Assembly (NCBI RefSeq): GCF_022045235.1
Contig: NW_027266343.1
Location: 49,600,001-49,664,000 of the forward strand
Length of the DNA: 64,000 bases
Direction: 5' to 3'
DNA from: Haliotis cracherodii
Lineage: Eukaryota
Of this stretch, positions 60,421 through 64,000 are shown one piece after another (the stretch's first letter is position 1; the number at the start of each line of letters is the position of its first letter). The notes under the pieces are model-generated. The model was not told where the DNA came from. It saw only the letters and a list, made by a program, of their open reading frames with translations, and did no database searches. A program made the translations under genes and the position numbers.

Positions 60421-61376
60421 TCTTGCCCACTGGTGTCTTGAGACACTAGGTGTCTCAAGTCCAACTGATACTCTTCAAGTTTAGTGGCACAATAAGAAAC
60501 CACATGTTTCAAGATGAATCTGCACTCCAAACCATGTGCCTATATTCTCATCCGACTTTATCCTTGTGTTCTGGAATGTGACACTAGACACAAGGTGTTT
60601 CATGATCAATCTACACTCTTCAGCCACTCAGCACCTGCCAATGTTCTCATCCTTACTCAATCACAGTGTTTTGGCACATGACAAGACACCAGGTGTTACA
60701 GGATCAATTTGCACTCCTAAGCCATTAAGCACTTGCCCTTTTCCCTCCCCACGTCCTGGGACATGACACTAGACAGCAGGTGTTTAATGATCAAGCGGAC
60801 TCTTCATGCAGCCACTCAGCACCTTCTGCCAAGCTTCTGTTTATTCCTCCCTGATCCTCGCCTAATCTGCCCCTAGCCCTGACCCACCCCTGCACCATCA
60901 GCTGACCCTGAAACTGACCCCAGAGACTGACTTCTCCACTACCCATCCTGATTCCGACCTACTCAGGCCGATATGTGTTACAAGACGAGTCTACAAGACA
61001 GTAAGGGGCCTTGTCATCACCAAGTTGGTATTGATTTCTGGAGTTTGAAAGCTCTTCAGATCCACTTCTTTCAGTACTGCTCCCATTAAAAATAAATTGA
61101 ATACTGTCATACATCAGCCACGCTGGATGGAAGTTCTGGAATTCTCTGAGAGCCAACAAAGGAACTACCAGACAGCCGCTAAAAGACATTGTCATGAGTT
61201 TGAGGTCTATCTTAATAGACCTAACTTAGGAGGGTGAGGTCAGGAAGGTAAACTGACTAACAGAACTGTCCTCACAGAAACATTTCATTAAAGTATCTCG
61301 TCTAGAACAGTTGATAAATCTGCCAGTTTCTCCTGAACATAATCAGAAAGTCTTGTGAACAATGTCTAACTAATGA

Positions 61377-61517
61377 GTGAGTGAGTGAGTGAGTTGGGTT
61401 TAACGCCACTTTTAACAGTATTCCAGTTATATCGCGGCGTGTCAGCTAAATGTGGGAGGAAAGCCTGAAGTGATGCAGGTCTCAGACGTTTACCACTTCG
61501 GTGAAACCCACGAGCAC
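61377..61517 (-). mobile_element. 5'-truncated SINE family C
   Basis: 3' half only, with a perfect 13-bp TSD GTCTAACTAATGA at 61364 and 61518. Confidence 0.9.
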
Positions 61518-61941
61518 GTCTAACTAATGAACAATATAGTGTGACATGTTAGTCAGCGATGTTCTGATAATGGAAACTGAGGTTGGTTCATCCATCAAGA
61601 CATCTGTAATCAATTATTTTCCCCATGTTCTTTTGAATTTCAACCACAAATGAAACTAATTAAAAAAAATAAAAAGTCACATCACATTAAATTGATGCCT
61701 TACTGCACAAGCTTAAGAACATGTGAAGCTTTCATAAAGTGAAATGTAACATAATTTAAAAATTTAGTGTCAATCAAAATGGAACTGACAATGATTTATT
61801 TGAACATTAAAGATGTATTCCCTTAATCAATCATTGATTGCTGTCTTAGACCAATAATTAGACATGAAAGTTTAACCATTCCAACACTTTATGTACTCAA
61901 CAGAACCTACTGATTGTTGATTGTAGCTTAATGCTCAAAGG

Positions 61942-62097
61942 CAGAGTTAGAAATTGTCACTAGTCCTATAGTCCTTGTCATACTGCCCAATAGTTGAGGT
62001 ATCATGAGGACTAGTAGAAATTTGCCATTTTTAAGGGTTTTGCCATATGTTATCATTATAAGGACTAATGGACTAAAAATGTTAGTTTCTACCACTG
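61942..62097. mobile_element. MITE family M3
   Basis: CAGAGTTAGAAA ... TTTCTACCACTG. Confidence 0.82.
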
Positions 62098-63966
62098 ATT
62101 AAGGTACAAATCTGCTAGTGTAAAAAATACCAATCTCAACTATTTTGAGATGAATAGTGTTCAGGAAAAAAATTTTGATTTGGACTTGCTCAAGCAATGA
62201 GAACATATATGCATTTTATGAAAAATAGAAATACCCAATTTCCCGATAGCCTTTCCAAAGGGCCTGATTTTCTTAGGTGAGTGATTAATAGTTTCCCTGA
62301 AGACCAATAAAAGTAAACTGATTCCCATTCAATGATACAAAGTCTTCAAACGACCCACTCAGATAAAACACAGGGAGAAGAGTCTCCACACCAATAAACA
62401 TCTGCCCAGCATGCAATGCCAATGTACTGGACAACAACATAGTTCCTGGTGCAGTGGGGCCCTGAGTGAGACAACTCACTGATAGATATACACCAGCAAT
62501 TTATCTCAGGAACAACTTAACATGGTAGGCCATTCCATTTGAAACACACTATCTAGATAATAAACTAAATCTGTGGAACCATAATAACAGATTATCTACA
62601 AGTTATAGTCAACAAACTAAGCTAGTCATTATCAAGACCTTACACCACTGATGGTAGTCCGACAAACTCCAAATGGCATAGACAGTTTATTACTCTTCCT
62701 GGACCCGGTGCTGTACTTCAATGGAAGGAACTGAGATTAGTTTTGAAGAAAGCAGATGCAATTCAGATGAGGAAGATGAACTTAATGGAAGCATCCCTCT
62801 GTTTCCCCATCAGTGGAAGGCAGTACTGTGTAGAATTGAAGCTGGATGTCTCTCTATCACAATCCCATCAGTGTAAGCATATCAAATCATAATACTCATC
62901 CAGGCTTGGGTTGAAAGCAGTGGGGAACGTCATTATAAGACAGAGATATTTCTATGAATAAATGATTGTGTCATAAACCACAACACATTAACATTGGAGT
63001 CTGAACGTCGGCATTGAGTTAACTACATAAGTGATTGCTAAACACACCCTAGTGCTGTGCTAGAATCAGTTTTCATCAATCAATTCATACTATACGGATA
63101 CATGAGTTCAGGTTGCATTATAACATCCAACTGAAGAATCTGTTTTGGAGTCCAGGCTTGGAGTGAGTTCAAAAGTTCAATGGAAGATAAAAAAAATAAA
63201 TTCCATCAATTTTGAAACGTACCCACCCAACCCTAAAAATTAATTGTTGAAATGTCGACACCTTCAAAGAGATTCTTTCGTCAAACCAATCTACTTCCAC
63301 AGACTTCTCAATGCTTCTTAAATCAGGTGATGTGGTAGAGCTATCAAGAATGTCAAGATGACTGTATTTACACTCATCTCAGTGTCACAGAGATGCTGAA
63401 TGAGCGAGTACAAATATGACAATTTGAGCTGTTATTTATTGACTGAATATTACACTGAAAATCCCTTGAAAAGTTTCTTCAGATGGCAAGTTGCAGACCT
63501 GTTAACCCCTTCCCTAACCCCAGCATTAAGAAATTACGATTATTATCCGACATAAAACTCCTGAACTGCTCCTGAGGCGAATTGGGTTTGACATCAATGC
63601 TGAAAGAGAGCCCTAGTGACCCGGGCTGTAGACGCTTACCAAGAAACAAGGTATGGCTCTGACAGGCCAAGGATGACAATCAAGGTGAATCAAATCAAAA
63701 GAGATTAGCTACAATCAAGGTGGGATTTGATTCAATGATCAGCTGATCCTGGCATGACCAAAGGAGGTAATTGTGCACTAGGAAACTCTGCTAATTGATA
63801 CAGTGCTTGTCTCTTGAGATCCTGGCATCATCAGTGTGCTCCTTCAGTTTCCAAATTTAGACTTGGTAGTTTCTCAGATAAACCTTTGGTTGAATTCTCT
63901 GCAGTGAACTTGAGGTTGGCTCCAATAGTATCCGAATCTTTTTTACTCAATTTTCTTTTATCATTA

Positions 63967-64000
63967 GGGGGCGGTTGGGTAGTCTAGTGGTTAAAGCGTT
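63967..64000 (+). mobile_element. Start of a SINE family B copy, cut by the window edge
   Basis: GGGGCGGTTGGGTAGTCTAGTGGTTAAAGCGTT matches the family B head. Confidence 0.75.

Noticed and set aside
59785-60484. ORFs of 150-218 aa
   Set aside because: Translations of the 74-75-bp array with frame cycling.
60959-61195. 78-aa ORF as a possible upstream DNAAF9 exon
   Set aside because: No similarity to the recalled N-terminal DNAAF9 motifs.

Overview
Eukaryotic (animal) genomic DNA, AT-rich and CpG-depleted. The SINE, Helentron-type and satellite content suggests a gastropod mollusc, probably abalone-like (inference). Six minus-strand exons at 180-7462 splice in frame into the middle part of a DNAAF9/C20orf194 (Shulin) orthologue. 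No upstream DNAAF9 exon was recognised in 7463-64000, so most of the window is probably one very large intron. Inside it lie an intronless plus-strand class A GPCR of the FMRFamide-receptor/GPR139-142-like type (48810-49877) and a candidate secreted, cationic 8-Cys peptide gene (25490-25735, minus strand). The GPCR ends CCCCC-UGA-UGA, followed by 28 more open codons, and its 3' UTR holds an imperfect SECIS-like fold. The rest is repeats: five SINE-like families, several TIR MITE families, four Helentron/HINE-type elements, a decayed mariner, Penelope-like remnants (one with a minimal hammerhead ribozyme), and seven free-standing tandem arrays. Most ORFs in the supplied track are artefacts of these repeats. 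All homology calls are from recalled family motifs, not database searches.
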